Source of the DNA: an uncultured delta proteobacterium
Lineage (GTDB): Bacteria; Myxococcota_A; Polyangia; Fen-1088
Assembly (NCBI GenBank): GCA_963737265.1
Contig: CAVTRY010000013.1
Coordinates: forward strand, 448,001-512,000
Direction of reading: 5' to 3'
DNA: 64,000 bases
Positions 1 through 10,056 of the stretch are shown here, piece after piece. Both the position numbers and the translations under genes were made by a program. The stretch's first letter is position 1; each line of letters opens with the position of its first letter. The notes below the pieces were generated by a model that ran no database searches, had not been told where the DNA came from, and saw only the letters and a program-made list of their open reading frames with translations.

Positions 1-1587
1 GCCTACCCATCCCTCCTCCAGAATGAAGTCTACACAGGGAAGGCGCGCCTGTTCGGTCGCGACTACATGACCCGCTACGAACCGTTCACCGACAGAACCG
101 GCGCGGTCATCGGCATCTACTTCATCGGTTTCGAGATATCCGAGCCCATGCGCGAGCTGAAAAGGCTCATCCACGACATCAGGATCGTAAAGACCGGGTA
201 CGCCTTTGTCGTCGACAGCCAGGGCAATGCCATCGTCCACCCTGCCAAGGAAGGCCAGAACATCTTGCACGCCAAGGCCGGCGACGGCCGGGAAATCGTC
301 CAGGACATGGTCAAGCTCAAGCAAGGAATCGTTTCGTACTCGTGGATCAACAAGGATTTGGGCGAAACGCGGCCCCGACAGAAACTCACGACGCTGGCCT
401 ACTACCAACCTTGGGACTGGATCATCGCGACCAGCAGTTACACTGACGAGCTCTATGGCGAATTGCGCCGTATGCGAAATGTCCTGCTCCTGCTCGCCGT
501 CTTGGGGACAATCGCGGTCAGCTTCGTTGCCTATCGCTCGATCCGCAAGGCGCTCGCGCCGGTGGCCAACATCGCCGAACTGATGGGCCGCATCGGGCAA
601 GGCGACGCCACCCGTGACGTGGATCCCAAGCTATCCGCCAGAATCGACGAGCTCGGAACCCTGGGCCGTGCCACGCAGGCCATGTCTACGAATCTGCGCG
701 GGCTCTTGCGCGACATCGGCCAGGGGGTCGGGACTCTGTCCGGGGCATCGGCGAAACTTTCCAGCGTGTCAGAGCAGACCTCGCGGGACGTGACAGAGGT
801 TTCCGGGAAAGCCACCAGCGTGGCGGCCACTGCGGAACAAGCCAGGGCCAACACCAGCAAAGTGGCGGCAAGCATGCGCGAGACCACGGCGAATCTTACC
901 TTGGTGAGCGATGCCACAGCCCAGATGAGCGCGACCGTGGCCGAGATCGCCGCCAACTCGCGGGTGGCCCGCGCCATCAGCAGTCAGGCGACATCCCAGG
1001 CACAGTCGGCTTCCTCGCTCATGCAGCAACTCGGGCGCGCCGCGAAGGAGATCGGCAAGGTGACCGAAAGTATCACCAGCATCTCGGCCCAAACTAACTT
1101 ATTGGCGCTCAATGCGACCATCGAGGCGGCCCGAGCCGGGAGCGCGGGCAGGGGATTCGCCGTGGTGTCCAACGAGATCAAGGAGCTCGCCCAACAGACC
1201 GCGGCGGCGACCGAAGACATCAAGGCCAGAATCGGCGATGTGCAAACCTCGGCCGGCGGAGCCGTCAAGGACATCGAGGGTATCTCGAATATCATCCGCC
1301 AGGTGGGCGACATCGTGGCGGGCATTGCGTCCGCCATCGAGGAGCAAGCGGCGCTGACCAAAGACGTAGCCGAAAACATCGCACTCGCCTCGGCGGGGGT
1401 GAAGACGGCCGCGGACCAAATCAACCAGACTGCGATGGTTTCGGGTTCGATCGCCCAGGAGATCGCTGCCCTTAGCGCCGCCGTCACGGATATTCGCGAA
1501 GGCGGCGTGCTTGTTCAAAATAGCGCAACCGAATTGCACGGGCTGGCGGCCCAGCTAGGCACGCTAGTGGCAAAGTTCAAGACGTAG
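1..1587 (+). CDS. Methyl-accepting chemotaxis protein (Cache sensor, TM, HAMP, MCP signal domain), 5'-truncated by window edge
   Basis: Frame is open from base 1; Cache-like TGYAFVVDSQGNAIVHP; TM segment; MCP signature QTNLLALNATIEAARAGSAGRGFAVVSNEIKELA. Confidence 0.95.
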   Translation, partial: AYPSLLQNEVYTGKARLFGRDYMTRYEPFTDRTGAVIGIYFIGFEISEPMRELKRLIHDIRIVKTGYAFVVDSQGNAIVHPAKEGQNILHAKAGDGREIVQDMVKLKQGIVSYSWINKDLGETRPRQKLTTLAYYQPWDWIIATSSYTDELYGELRRMRNVLLLLAVLGTIAVSFVAYRSIRKALAPVANIAELMGRIGQGDATRDVDPKLSARIDELGTLGRATQAMSTNLRGLLRDIGQGVGTLSGASAKLSSVSEQTSRDVTEVSGKATSVAATAEQARANTSKVAASMRETTANLTLVSDATAQMSATVAEIAANSRVARAISSQATSQAQSASSLMQQLGRAAKEIGKVTESITSISAQTNLLALNATIEAARAGSAGRGFAVVSNEIKELAQQTAAATEDIKARIGDVQTSAGGAVKDIEGISNIIRQVGDIVAGIASAIEEQAALTKDVAENIALASAGVKTAADQINQTAMVSGSIAQEIAALSAAVTDIREGGVLVQNSATELHGLAAQLGTLVAKFKT

Positions 1588-1673
1588 TGCCGCCGGCGCC
1601 GTGACCTATGCGCTGGACCCTCGTCGTGGCTAGCGGACGATCTTGATCCGCCGACTGACTGGCGCTGCGGGCT

Positions 1674-1744
1674 TCCGATCAAGCCGTTGAAGCGGAAGGT
1701 CGGCCGCGGACGGCCGCCCGCAGCTGAACGGAAAAGCGTTCGGC
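1674..1744 (+). mobile_element. attC-like integron cassette recombination site (71 bp)
   Basis: tccgatc-aagccgttgaagcgg...ggtcggccg cgga cggccgccc...cagctgaacgg-aaaagc-GTTCGGC: imperfect palindrome with R''/L''/L'/R' layout and a central stem-loop. Confidence 0.7.
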
Positions 1745-1753
1745 AGACGGCAG

Positions 1754-2173
1754 TCATCTCGTCCAGTCAGCAATTTCTAAGTCATCGAAGTAGCGGAAGT
1801 CGTCGGTGTTTGCGGTGATGAGGGTTAGGCTCTCGCTGTGAGCGATGGCTGCGATTTGGCCATCCACGAATGGCGGCGTTCTTCCCCTCTCTTCGAGTCG
1901 GGCCCTTTCCCGTCCGTGCCATTCGGCCGCAGCATCGTCGTAGGGCAGAATGGGAAAAGACCGTCGCACCACACGATGGATGTACTCTTCCAAAGCGCTC
2001 TTCCGCTTGCCGGCCGGAAGCCGACCGCAGCCATAGATCAGCTCGTGCCAAACAGGCGCAGCAATAGCGCAATGATCGCTCTGTTGCTCAAGCTTTCTCA
2101 CGACACGCCGGTTGGGTATCTTCGCGATGGGCGCAGATATGATGGTCGTGTCGAGCAAGAATTTGAGTGTCAC
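1754..2173 (-). CDS. vapC: VapC-family PIN-domain toxin
   Basis: FLLDTTIIS N-terminus, WHEL, DGQIAAIA, LITANTDDF acidic PIN residues; overlaps the antitoxin stop. Confidence 0.93.
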   Translation of the reverse strand: MTLKFLLDTTIISAPIAKIPNRRVVRKLEQQSDHCAIAAPVWHELIYGCGRLPAGKRKSALEEYIHRVVRRSFPILPYDDAAAEWHGRERARLEERGRTPPFVDGQIAAIAHSESLTLITANTDDFRYFDDLEIADWTR

Positions 2174-2448
2174 AGTCGGACTCGACGTCCCGGTTCTCGA
2201 TCGCGGATTGAGCCGAAGAAATCAGGTTCCAGACCAATCTCCTCCGGGGCATGTCGACCAAGGAACGCGCGGAATGCGTCGCCAAAGTTGGTGTGCTCGC
2301 TACGAAGCATGTCGTACCTTTGCGGGGAAAGCACCAGCGCCACTGCTCTTCCTCGCCGCGTCAGTTGCACGTCCTTGCCCGCCTCCACGTCATCCAGGAT
2401 GTCTGGAAGATGTGCTCTCGCGTCTGCAACGGAATAGCTCTTCGACAT
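2170..2448 (-). CDS. Phd/YefM-family antitoxin
   Basis: MSKSYSVADARAHLPDILDDVEAGKDVQLTRRGRAVALVL is a typical Phd N-terminus; lies directly upstream of vapC. Confidence 0.92.
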   Translation of the reverse strand: MSKSYSVADARAHLPDILDDVEAGKDVQLTRRGRAVALVLSPQRYDMLRSEHTNFGDAFRAFLGRHAPEEIGLEPDFFGSIRDREPGRRVRL

Positions 2449-2482
2449 TCTCAGAGTGTACATCTATTTGTACATCTGGCAA
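2449..2482 (-). promoter_or_regulatory. sigma70-type promoter and operator of the phd-vapC operon
   Basis: Minus strand TTGCCA-16nt-TACACT-6nt-ATG; two TGTACA palindromes (2457-2462, 2469-2474) 12 bp apart, as in the yefM-yoeB operator. Confidence 0.7.
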
Positions 2483-2497
2483 GGTGTTCCTTCGACG

Positions 2498-2519
2498 CTG
2501 CCGAACAAGCCGTTGAAGC
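2498..2519 (+). mobile_element. Truncated attC (left arm only) closing the TA cassette
   Basis: CTGCCGAAC is the exact reverse complement of GTTCGGCAG at 1738; followed by aagccgttgaagc, identical to 1681-1693. Confidence 0.6.
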
Positions 2520-2682
2520 TCTCGTAGGCAGCGCAAGTAAGAAGGGACAGGGATTGATCAGGCTACTGTGGGCACACGAGATCCGTTCCGCGGTCGGGAA
2601 GATGCGGCCGCTGGCGGTCGATACTGATGTCGCAATGTCCAGGGCAAGCGCGCAGACGCGCGACTGGGTGCGGTAGCGCTCG

Positions 2683-2870
2683 TCAGCCGGCGGCGGTCGC
2701 ATCGCAGGCGGCCAGCCGCCGCTCGAGGAACCGGCGCTCGGTCGGGTTGCGGGCCAGCGCGAGTGCCTCGCGGAAGCGATCACGGGCGCGTGCCCGCTGG
2801 CCGCGCGCCATCTCCATCTCGGCCAGCGCAGCGGCGTAGAACGGATAGTTCTCCAGCCGCTCGCGTCCGG
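2683..2870 (-). pseudogene. 3' fragment of an ECF sigma factor with TPR-like C-terminal extension
   Basis: RLENYPFYAAALAEMEMARGQRARARDRFREALALARNPTERRFLERRL; no sigma N-terminal regions present. Confidence 0.65.
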
Positions 2871-4449
2871 CGGACTTCACCCCACCTGCGGCCGAGCCCT
2901 TGGCTCGGCTGCTGATGACCTGTCCAATTTTTGGACAGTTCTTCAGCCGGCTCCCTGCCGGCTTCACCCCCTAGACGCGCGAGGATCCTCGGTCCGGACA
3001 TTTTTCTTTGTCTAGCTAGTGCTGCGCTGCGCCACCGGCGGCGTGGGATTTCTGGGCAGCTTGGCGGGAGGAGCCGTCGCCGGGCTCGCGTGCGGACCGG
3101 GAGCGCCCAATTGTGTCGGCATCGGGGTGTTCGTGGAACAATTTACCATGAGATTGAGGAACGACCACGCCAGCAGGAAGAAGAGCGTCGGAGACAGAGA
3201 CCCTGCGCACCCGACGCCAAATAGAACGTGGGAGACGCCACGGCCGGGGTTGGGATGCCACGGCCACCCTTCGTCAGCCGTCTGGGCGAGAGGTTTCGCC
3301 TTGGGCGACCGCTTGCGTCAGGCGCCCGCGGCTTCGCCACGCTTGCCGCAGGATTACGGTTCCGCCAGCGTCGCCGGCCATCGCCCACTATCATGTACCT
3401 TGCAGGTGATAGGCTGTCGATCACCATGGCAGACTACCCAGCAAAGCTCAGTGAGGCTGACGGAGGATCCTTTCAAACCTCCGGCAATTTCGGGGCGCCT
3501 ATTGTCACCCAGCCTGAGCAGCCACCTCGGCCGACCTGGGGCGGCGGCCGGGCGCCCTCCGACGCGGTCGATCTGCTGCTTGCGTTCGCGGATCTCTTCG
3601 TCCTCAACGATGTGATCACGGGCGCGTGCCCGCTGGCCGCGCGCCATCTCCATCTCGGCCAGCGCAGCGGCGTAGAACGGATAGTTCTCCAGCCGCTCGC
3701 GTCCGGCGGACTTCACCCCACCTGCGGCCGAGCCCTTGGCTCGGCTGCTGATGACCTGTCCAATTTTTGGACAGTTCTTCAGCCGGCTCCCTGCCGGCTT
3801 CACCCCCTAGACGCGCGAGGATCCTCGGTCCGGACATTTTTCTTTGTCTAGCTAGTGCTGCGCTGCGCCACCGGCGGCGTGGGATTTCTGGGCAGCTTGG
3901 CGGGAGGAGCCGTCGCCGGGCTCGCGTGCGGACCGGGAGCGCCCAATTGTGTCGGCATCGGGGTGTTCGTGGAACAATTTACCATGAGATTGAGGAACGA
4001 CCACGCCAGCAGGAAGAAGAGCGTCGGAGACAGAGACCCTGCGCACCCGACGCCAAATAGAACGTGGGAGACGCCACGGCCGGGGTTGGGATGCCACGGC
4101 CACCCTTCGTCAGCCGTCTGGGCGAGAGGTTTCGCCTTGGGCGACCGCTTGCGTCAGGCGCCCGCGGCTTCGCCACGCTTGCCGCAGGATTACGGTTCCG
4201 CCAGCGTCGCCGGCCATCGCCCACTATCATGTACCTTGCAGGTGATAGGCTGTCGATCACCATGGCAGACTACCCAGCAAAGCTCAGTGAGGCTGACGGA
4301 GGATCCTTTCAAACCTCCGGCAATTTCGGGGCGCCTATTGTCACCCAGCCTGAGCAGCCACCTCGGCCGACCTGGGGCGGCGGCCGGGCGCCCTCCGACG
4401 CGGTCGATCTGCTGCTTGCGTTCGCGGATCTCTTCGTCCTCAACGATGT
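2778..4449. repeat. 836-bp direct tandem duplication (2778-3613 and 3614-4449)
   Basis: Same sequence at offset 836; ORF translations identical in both copies (e.g. 2931..3224 vs 3767..4060). Confidence 0.95.
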
Positions 4450-4533
4450 GGACGCCTTGCTCAAGCGAGCCGTCGAGCTGGTCCTGCGACCCATCGGTCT
4501 GGTGCGCGCCGGAATCTATCTCTACGACGAATC
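4262..4533 (+). pseudogene. N-terminal fragment of a GAF-like domain protein (shorter copy at 3426-3613)
   Basis: LFVLNDVDALLKRAVELVLRPIGLVRAGIYLYDE resembles a GAF start, after which the sequence loses protein-like character. Confidence 0.4.
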
Positions 4534-4761
4534 TGGGAAAGCAGGCCAGCGCCTCGTGGCCCTGCGCGGTTACGGAAAGGTGTCCTTTTCTTTGCGTAAA
4601 CTACATCCGCCTACATGGCGAGATTATCCCTATGCCCAGCTCCGCCCCGCTCCCTGCGAGGACCTACCTTCTTCAAGGGCGGCGACGTTGGCAAGGCATC
4701 AGGGGCGATTTGGAGCCATAAGGGGCAACTCGGCTAATCCTGGCTGCTACACTCTGCGGAG

Positions 4762-6465
4762 GTGAAGTTTCTTACCAGTATTGCAATTATCCTAGCGACG
4801 CTGGCCGCGATTCTTGGTTTTTCGGTGGCGGGGGCTTTGCGCGAAGAGCAGCGCGCTCTCGACGAATTCGCGCTGGCCACGCGCCGGCAGGTTCACACCT
4901 CGGCGCATGCATTGTCGGCGCGCCTCGATTCGCTCGATCAAGATACGCGCATGCTTACCGACTTGGTCGAACGCTCGCGCAAACACCAGGATTTCGATCC
5001 GACCACCGATCGGCGCGTCTGGGAAAGTGCGTTTTACGCTCTGGCGGTGGTGGTGGCGCCGTACCGGGTCATCGCACTCGTCACTGCGGAGGGGGCGGCC
5101 GAGGTGGTGGCGGGCGATCCGACGGAAAGCGCAGTCACGATCGCGGCTGTGCTCGGGCCCGTGTGTGATCTCGGCCGGCAGGTCTCCGCGCGGCAGAAAA
5201 GGTCCCTCGGCAAACCATTTCCCTTCCAATCGCGCTCGTTTCTTCTTTACGGGGCGCCCGTGCAAGGCGGAGGCGCGATCGTGGTGGCCAGCGACGCCGC
5301 GAACTTCCTCGGCGCGGTGGCGTGGAATCCGCTGCTGGCCGCACAGTTGTTCGTCACCGATCCCGCGGGTGTGGTGTGGTCGGACTGCGAGACACCGAAC
5401 GGTTGCCACGTCTCTCGGCGGGCCGATGTCCCGCCGGGCGGCGAGTCCGTCGGACAGACCATCGCGGAATTGCTGCGCCAACAAGCGACCAGCGTAGCCC
5501 GAGGGCAAGCGCCCAAGGTCCATGTCAGCGAACGCGTCGACCGGCCCATGGGCAGTTGGGTCGTGACGTGGGTGACGTCGTCGCAGGACATCGTCAGCCG
5601 TTGGACTGCACTGCTTTCCCGTATTGTAATGACCGCAATCGCAGCCGCCTTGGCCGTGGGCGGATTGGGCGTCATGATCTTTCGCCAACAGCACCGCTCC
5701 GTCATCCTGGAAAATGAATTGCGCTACGCCCGCGCCTTGGCCAATACGCGCGATCTGGAAACCCAGTTGATGCGAGCGGAGAAGCTGGTCACGGTGGGGG
5801 TGCTGTCGACCGAGCTGGCCCATGAAATCGGCAGTCCGTTGGCCGTCATTCGCGGCCGCGCCGAGCACATCCTACGCGAGCTGACCAGCGGTCCGCGCGC
5901 CGAAGATCTGCAGGTCATCATCAAGCACATCGACAATATTTCGACGACGATCAGACACCTGCTGGATTTTTCGCGCCGGTCGCCGGCCGAGCGAACGCCC
6001 GTCTCGCTTGCCGACATTGTGGGACACACGCGGGATTTGCTACAGTGGAAACTTGATGCGACCCAGGTCCGGCTGGACGTGGCCCTCGAACCTGATCTGC
6101 ACCAGTTGCACGCCGACGCCGATCAGTTGCAGCAGGTGCTGGTGAACCTGCTGCTTAACGCCTGTGACGCGTCCCCGACGGGCGGAATCGTACTGCTTGC
6201 GGCCAGAAACGACGAGCCTGGAATGGTTCGCATTGACAGCATAGACTATGGTTGTGGAATTCCACCCGAACACATGCAGGCCGTTTTCGATCCGTTCTTT
6301 ACCACCAAACGGCGGGGCCAAGGCACCGGGCTTGGCTTGCCCATCGCTGCGAGCATCGTGCGCAACCATGGGGGACGAATCGACTTGGCCAGCGCTCCCG
6401 GCAAGGGAACAACGGTGATCATCCGATGGCCCGCGGCGCCCGCCCCAGGGGGTTACCATGCCTGA
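4762..6465 (+). CDS. Membrane sensor histidine kinase (NtrB-like)
   Basis: Two TMs; H-box ELAHEIGSPL; N-box QQVLVNLLLNACDA; FDPFFTTK; GTGLGL. Confidence 0.95.
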   Translation: MKFLTSIAIILATLAAILGFSVAGALREEQRALDEFALATRRQVHTSAHALSARLDSLDQDTRMLTDLVERSRKHQDFDPTTDRRVWESAFYALAVVVAPYRVIALVTAEGAAEVVAGDPTESAVTIAAVLGPVCDLGRQVSARQKRSLGKPFPFQSRSFLLYGAPVQGGGAIVVASDAANFLGAVAWNPLLAAQLFVTDPAGVVWSDCETPNGCHVSRRADVPPGGESVGQTIAELLRQQATSVARGQAPKVHVSERVDRPMGSWVVTWVTSSQDIVSRWTALLSRIVMTAIAAALAVGGLGVMIFRQQHRSVILENELRYARALANTRDLETQLMRAEKLVTVGVLSTELAHEIGSPLAVIRGRAEHILRELTSGPRAEDLQVIIKHIDNISTTIRHLLDFSRRSPAERTPVSLADIVGHTRDLLQWKLDATQVRLDVALEPDLHQLHADADQLQQVLVNLLLNACDASPTGGIVLLAARNDEPGMVRIDSIDYGCGIPPEHMQAVFDPFFTTKRRGQGTGLGLPIAASIVRNHGGRIDLASAPGKGTTVIIRWPAAPAPGGYHA

Positions 6466-7816
6466 TGCTCGCTTGCGTGCCCTCATTGTGGACGATGTGG
6501 TCGACATGGCGCAGACCATTGCCCGCGATCTCGAAAGCGCGGGATTTGAGGCGCTGGTCGCAGGTGGCGGAGCAGCCGCGGTGGACCTATTCGCCAAGCA
6601 GCCAACCGACGTGGTGGTGACCGACCTGCGCATGAAGAACATGGACGGCATGGCGGTGCTATCGGCGATCAAGCGGGCGGACGCCAGCGTGCCGGTGGTC
6701 ATCATGACCGCGTTTGGCGCCATCGAAAGCGCGGTCGAGGCCATGCGCCAGGGCGCATTCCACTACATCACCAAGCCCTTCGCGCTCGATTCCCTGCGCA
6801 TGCTCGTCGAGCGCGCCTGCCGCGAGAGCAGACTTGCGCGCGAGAACGCTCTCCTCCGTCGCAGCCTCAGCGACAACCTTTCCGTGCGCCAGCTTCTGGG
6901 CGACAGTCCCGCCATGCGCCGGCTGCGCGCGCTGATCGCGCGGGTTGCCGATGCAACCTCCGCGGTCCTCATTTCGGGCGAGACCGGCACGGGCAAGGAG
7001 TTGGTGGCGCTGGCGATCCATGCCGGCGGTCCGCGCGCCGAGCGGCCCTTTGTGGCGGTCAATTGCGCGGCTTTGCCCGAGCCATTGCTGGAAAGCGAGT
7101 TGTTTGGCCACGCGCGCGGGGCCTTTACGGGTGCCGCCAACAGCCGACGCGGTCTATTCGTCGAAGCCGAGGAAGGGACCATCTTCCTCGACGAGATCGG
7201 CGACCTGCCACTGCCGCTGCAGGGAAAGCTGTTGCGTGTGTTGCAGTCGGGCGAGGTCCGGCCGGTGGGCAGCGAGGCCGTGCGCACCGTGAATGTTCGC
7301 TGCATCGCCGCCACGCACAAGGACCTGGCTGAACTGGTGGCCAAGGGGCAGTTTCGCGAGGATCTGTTCTTCCGCTTGGACGTGCTTCGCATTGCCGTGC
7401 CGCCCCTGCGAGAACGCAGCGAGGATATTCCGATGCTGGTCGAACATTTTCTCCGCCGCAGTTTGGAGGGAATGTCACGTTCGGTGCTGGTGGGATTCGA
7501 GCCCGAGGCTTTTGACCTGCTAGCGACCTGTCCCTGGCCCGGCAACGTCCGTCAACTTGAAAACCTGGTCGAGCGCCTGGTGGTGACATCCTCGACGCCG
7601 CTCGCACGCATCGACGACGTGAAACAGGCTATGGGCCCATGCAGGGATGTGGACGCCATTCCGGGCCTGCTGCAAAACCCAATGACCTTGGCCGATCTTG
7701 AGGATCGCTACATCGAAGGCGTCCTCAAGAAAGTCGCCGGCAACAAATTGAAAGCCGCCGAAATCCTGGGCGTGGATCCGTCCACGCTCTATCGTCGCGA
7801 CAAACGCGGTTACTAG
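6458..7816 (+). CDS. Sigma54-dependent response regulator (NtrC/AtoC family)
   Basis: REC domain, GETGTGKE, ESELFGH, GAFTGA, WPGNVRQL, C-terminal Fis HTH. Confidence 0.96.
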   Translation: MPDARLRALIVDDVVDMAQTIARDLESAGFEALVAGGGAAAVDLFAKQPTDVVVTDLRMKNMDGMAVLSAIKRADASVPVVIMTAFGAIESAVEAMRQGAFHYITKPFALDSLRMLVERACRESRLARENALLRRSLSDNLSVRQLLGDSPAMRRLRALIARVADATSAVLISGETGTGKELVALAIHAGGPRAERPFVAVNCAALPEPLLESELFGHARGAFTGAANSRRGLFVEAEEGTIFLDEIGDLPLPLQGKLLRVLQSGEVRPVGSEAVRTVNVRCIAATHKDLAELVAKGQFREDLFFRLDVLRIAVPPLRERSEDIPMLVEHFLRRSLEGMSRSVLVGFEPEAFDLLATCPWPGNVRQLENLVERLVVTSSTPLARIDDVKQAMGPCRDVDAIPGLLQNPMTLADLEDRYIEGVLKKVAGNKLKAAEILGVDPSTLYRRDKRGY

Positions 7817-9141
7817 AAGAAGACGCGCGAAACAACGATAAAAATGGGGCCGAGGATCGTGCCTGACCAAACGATGTAGGCGAAGAATCCCGGCATGCGT
7901 ACATGATGTTGTTCGGCGATGGCCTTGACCATGAAGTTGGGACCATTCCCTATGTAGGTCATGGCCCCCATGAACACCGAGCCACAGGAAACCGCGGCCA
8001 GCAAATGTTGTCCGACGGGATGGGCGGCCAGCTCGCCTAGGTTCGCGGCGCCGAGCTGGCCCCGGCCGGCGTCGACCACACCGCTGGCCAGGGATGCGAA
8101 CGTCAGGTAGGTGGGTGCATTGTCGAGCACACTTGACAGAGCCCCGGATGCCCAGAAGAACTGCCAGGGTTGGGTGATCCCGATCGAAGCGCCACGTTCT
8201 TCGAGGTATGACAGCGCGGGAATCATGGTGACGAAGACGCCGACGAAAACCGCGGCGACTTCAAGGATCGGCGCCCAGTTGAAACGGTTGATTTCGTGCA
8301 CATGGCGCGAGGTCGTCACGAAGGACATCACCGCCAGGGCCAGCGTGGCGCCGATTTGAACCGACGAGCGCAGAAAGCCCTCGCCCAAAGCACGGGTGCC
8401 AAAGGTTCCTATGACGAAAACGACGCCCACGATGCCGAGAAGCCACAAAAAGTTGAGGCCGCCGTCGATGCTGAGCGGCTCGTGCGTATCCGCCGCAACG
8501 GAGGTCGCACGCCGCGGATGTCGCCGTTCGCGCCGGTAAAGTACGGAGTCCAATGTGGCAAAGAGCACCAGCAAGATACCGTTGACCAGCGCCCAGGGGG
8601 CTGCCAGGCGAAGGGTCCAGGTGAAAGGTACGCCACGCAAGAAGCCGAGAAAAAGCGGCGGATCGCCAAGGGGTGTCAGCAGTCCCGCGCCGTTCGACAC
8701 GATGAAGATGAAGAACACCACCAGGTGCGTGGTGGAAGCCCGGTGTTGGTTTGCCCGCAGCAAAGGACGAATCAGCAACACCGAAGCTCCGGTCGTGCCG
8801 ATCAGGCTGCCGAGCACGGCGCCCACCACGAGACACGAGGTATTGACGAAAGGTTTGCCGACCAAGGAACCGCGCAAGCAGATGCCGCCCGAAATGGTAA
8901 AGAGCGCTCCCAGCAGGGCGATGAACGAGACATAATCGGTGCCAGTTTGCAGGAGCAGGGCGCCGCCACCCACGCGGACTCGAAATAGATAGAAGACCAC
9001 GGGAGCGGACAGCAAACTGGCGACCAGCAGCTTGTTGCGGTTGTGCTCCCAAAAGCGCCCAACCAGAAGCGGCAAGATTGCAATCAGCAGGAGGTAGAGT
9101 ACGAAGGGCGCAATGGCCCACGTCGGGGTTGCGTGGTTCAT
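7813..9141 (-). CDS. Putative sodium:proton antiporter (ion transporter superfamily)
   Basis: Many TMs; IGTTGAS, LTPLGDPPLFLGFLRGVPF, LSSVLDNAPTYLTF, GAMTYIGNGPNFMVK motifs. Confidence 0.85.
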   Translation of the reverse strand: MNHATPTWAIAPFVLYLLLIAILPLLVGRFWEHNRNKLLVASLLSAPVVFYLFRVRVGGGALLLQTGTDYVSFIALLGALFTISGGICLRGSLVGKPFVNTSCLVVGAVLGSLIGTTGASVLLIRPLLRANQHRASTTHLVVFFIFIVSNGAGLLTPLGDPPLFLGFLRGVPFTWTLRLAAPWALVNGILLVLFATLDSVLYRRERRHPRRATSVAADTHEPLSIDGGLNFLWLLGIVGVVFVIGTFGTRALGEGFLRSSVQIGATLALAVMSFVTTSRHVHEINRFNWAPILEVAAVFVGVFVTMIPALSYLEERGASIGITQPWQFFWASGALSSVLDNAPTYLTFASLASGVVDAGRGQLGAANLGELAAHPVGQHLLAAVSCGSVFMGAMTYIGNGPNFMVKAIAEQHHVRMPGFFAYIVWSGTILGPIFIVVSRVFF

Positions 9142-9984
9142 TCAGTGCTGCATGAAAAGTGGAATAGTCGTTTTCTCGACAAGTCCGCGCGTCGCCGAGC
9201 CGGAAAACAACTCGGCCAGCCTGGACCGCGTGAAGGTGCCCATCACCATCAGTCCGGCGCCGATGGTTTTCGCGAGCTGGGCCAGAGCATCGGTATTGGA
9301 TAGGGGCGACACCAGGTTGTGCAGCGTGGCGTGGACGCCGGCCTCGCGAAGAAGCTGTACCCCCTGGTTGGCCATGCGCCAAGCCAACTCGCCGACGTCG
9401 TCCACCGTTGCGAGATGAACATCGCGCGCCCGCGCCAGTCCGCTGGCGGCGAAGCTGTGCATGGCGCGTTTTGCGGCCCCGCTGCCGTCGTAGGCGACCA
9501 GGACCGTCCGGCCTAGGGTGCCGGCCTGCGCCGATTCGGGAACGAGAAGAACGGGTCTCGGGGCACGGTGGAGAATGGCATCCCGCGTGCGTGCGTCGGT
9601 TTCGTCGGTGGCGAAGCGAAAGTTCGCGTCGCGGCCAATCACTGTCAGATCGTGGGACTGCATTTCCTCTACGATGCTGGTCGCGGGTCGACCGACAATT
9701 TCCAAGGTGCGGGTTGAAACCTGGGCGGCTTGGCAGCGGCGGGCGAATAGCGCAAGCCAGTCAGCTGCATTCTTACGCGCCTCGGCAAGTAGAGATTCAT
9801 CACGTTCGTGCTTGAAGCTCGAGCCGCCAATGCCAGTCGCGCTGCCCGCGCGAATGTCCGGTTCGTCGATGATGGCCATTCCCACGATAGCGGCCTGGCA
9901 CTCGCGCGCAATGCCGACCGCGATGCGGGTCGCGCTTTCGCTACTAGCCGAACCTTCCAGACAAACAAGAATGCTTTTGATCAT
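9142..9984 (-). CDS. Tandem-domain universal stress protein
   Basis: MIKSILVCLEGS, second domain VLVAYDGS, FSGSATRGLV; stop abuts the antiporter start. Confidence 0.9.
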   Translation of the reverse strand: MIKSILVCLEGSASSESATRIAVGIARECQAAIVGMAIIDEPDIRAGSATGIGGSSFKHERDESLLAEARKNAADWLALFARRCQAAQVSTRTLEIVGRPATSIVEEMQSHDLTVIGRDANFRFATDETDARTRDAILHRAPRPVLLVPESAQAGTLGRTVLVAYDGSGAAKRAMHSFAASGLARARDVHLATVDDVGELAWRMANQGVQLLREAGVHATLHNLVSPLSNTDALAQLAKTIGAGLMVMGTFTRSRLAELFSGSATRGLVEKTTIPLFMQH

Positions 9985-10056
9985 GGTGTCATCATAAAGA
10001 AACTGGGCCCTGAAGAGCACCGCCTCCCCAAGACCCAGCTAAGGAAGTAGTAGCTG

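Noticed and set aside
3019-4721. ORFs of 198-288 aa within the duplication as real genes
   Set aside because: They are chimeras of unrelated short fragments with no coherent domain.
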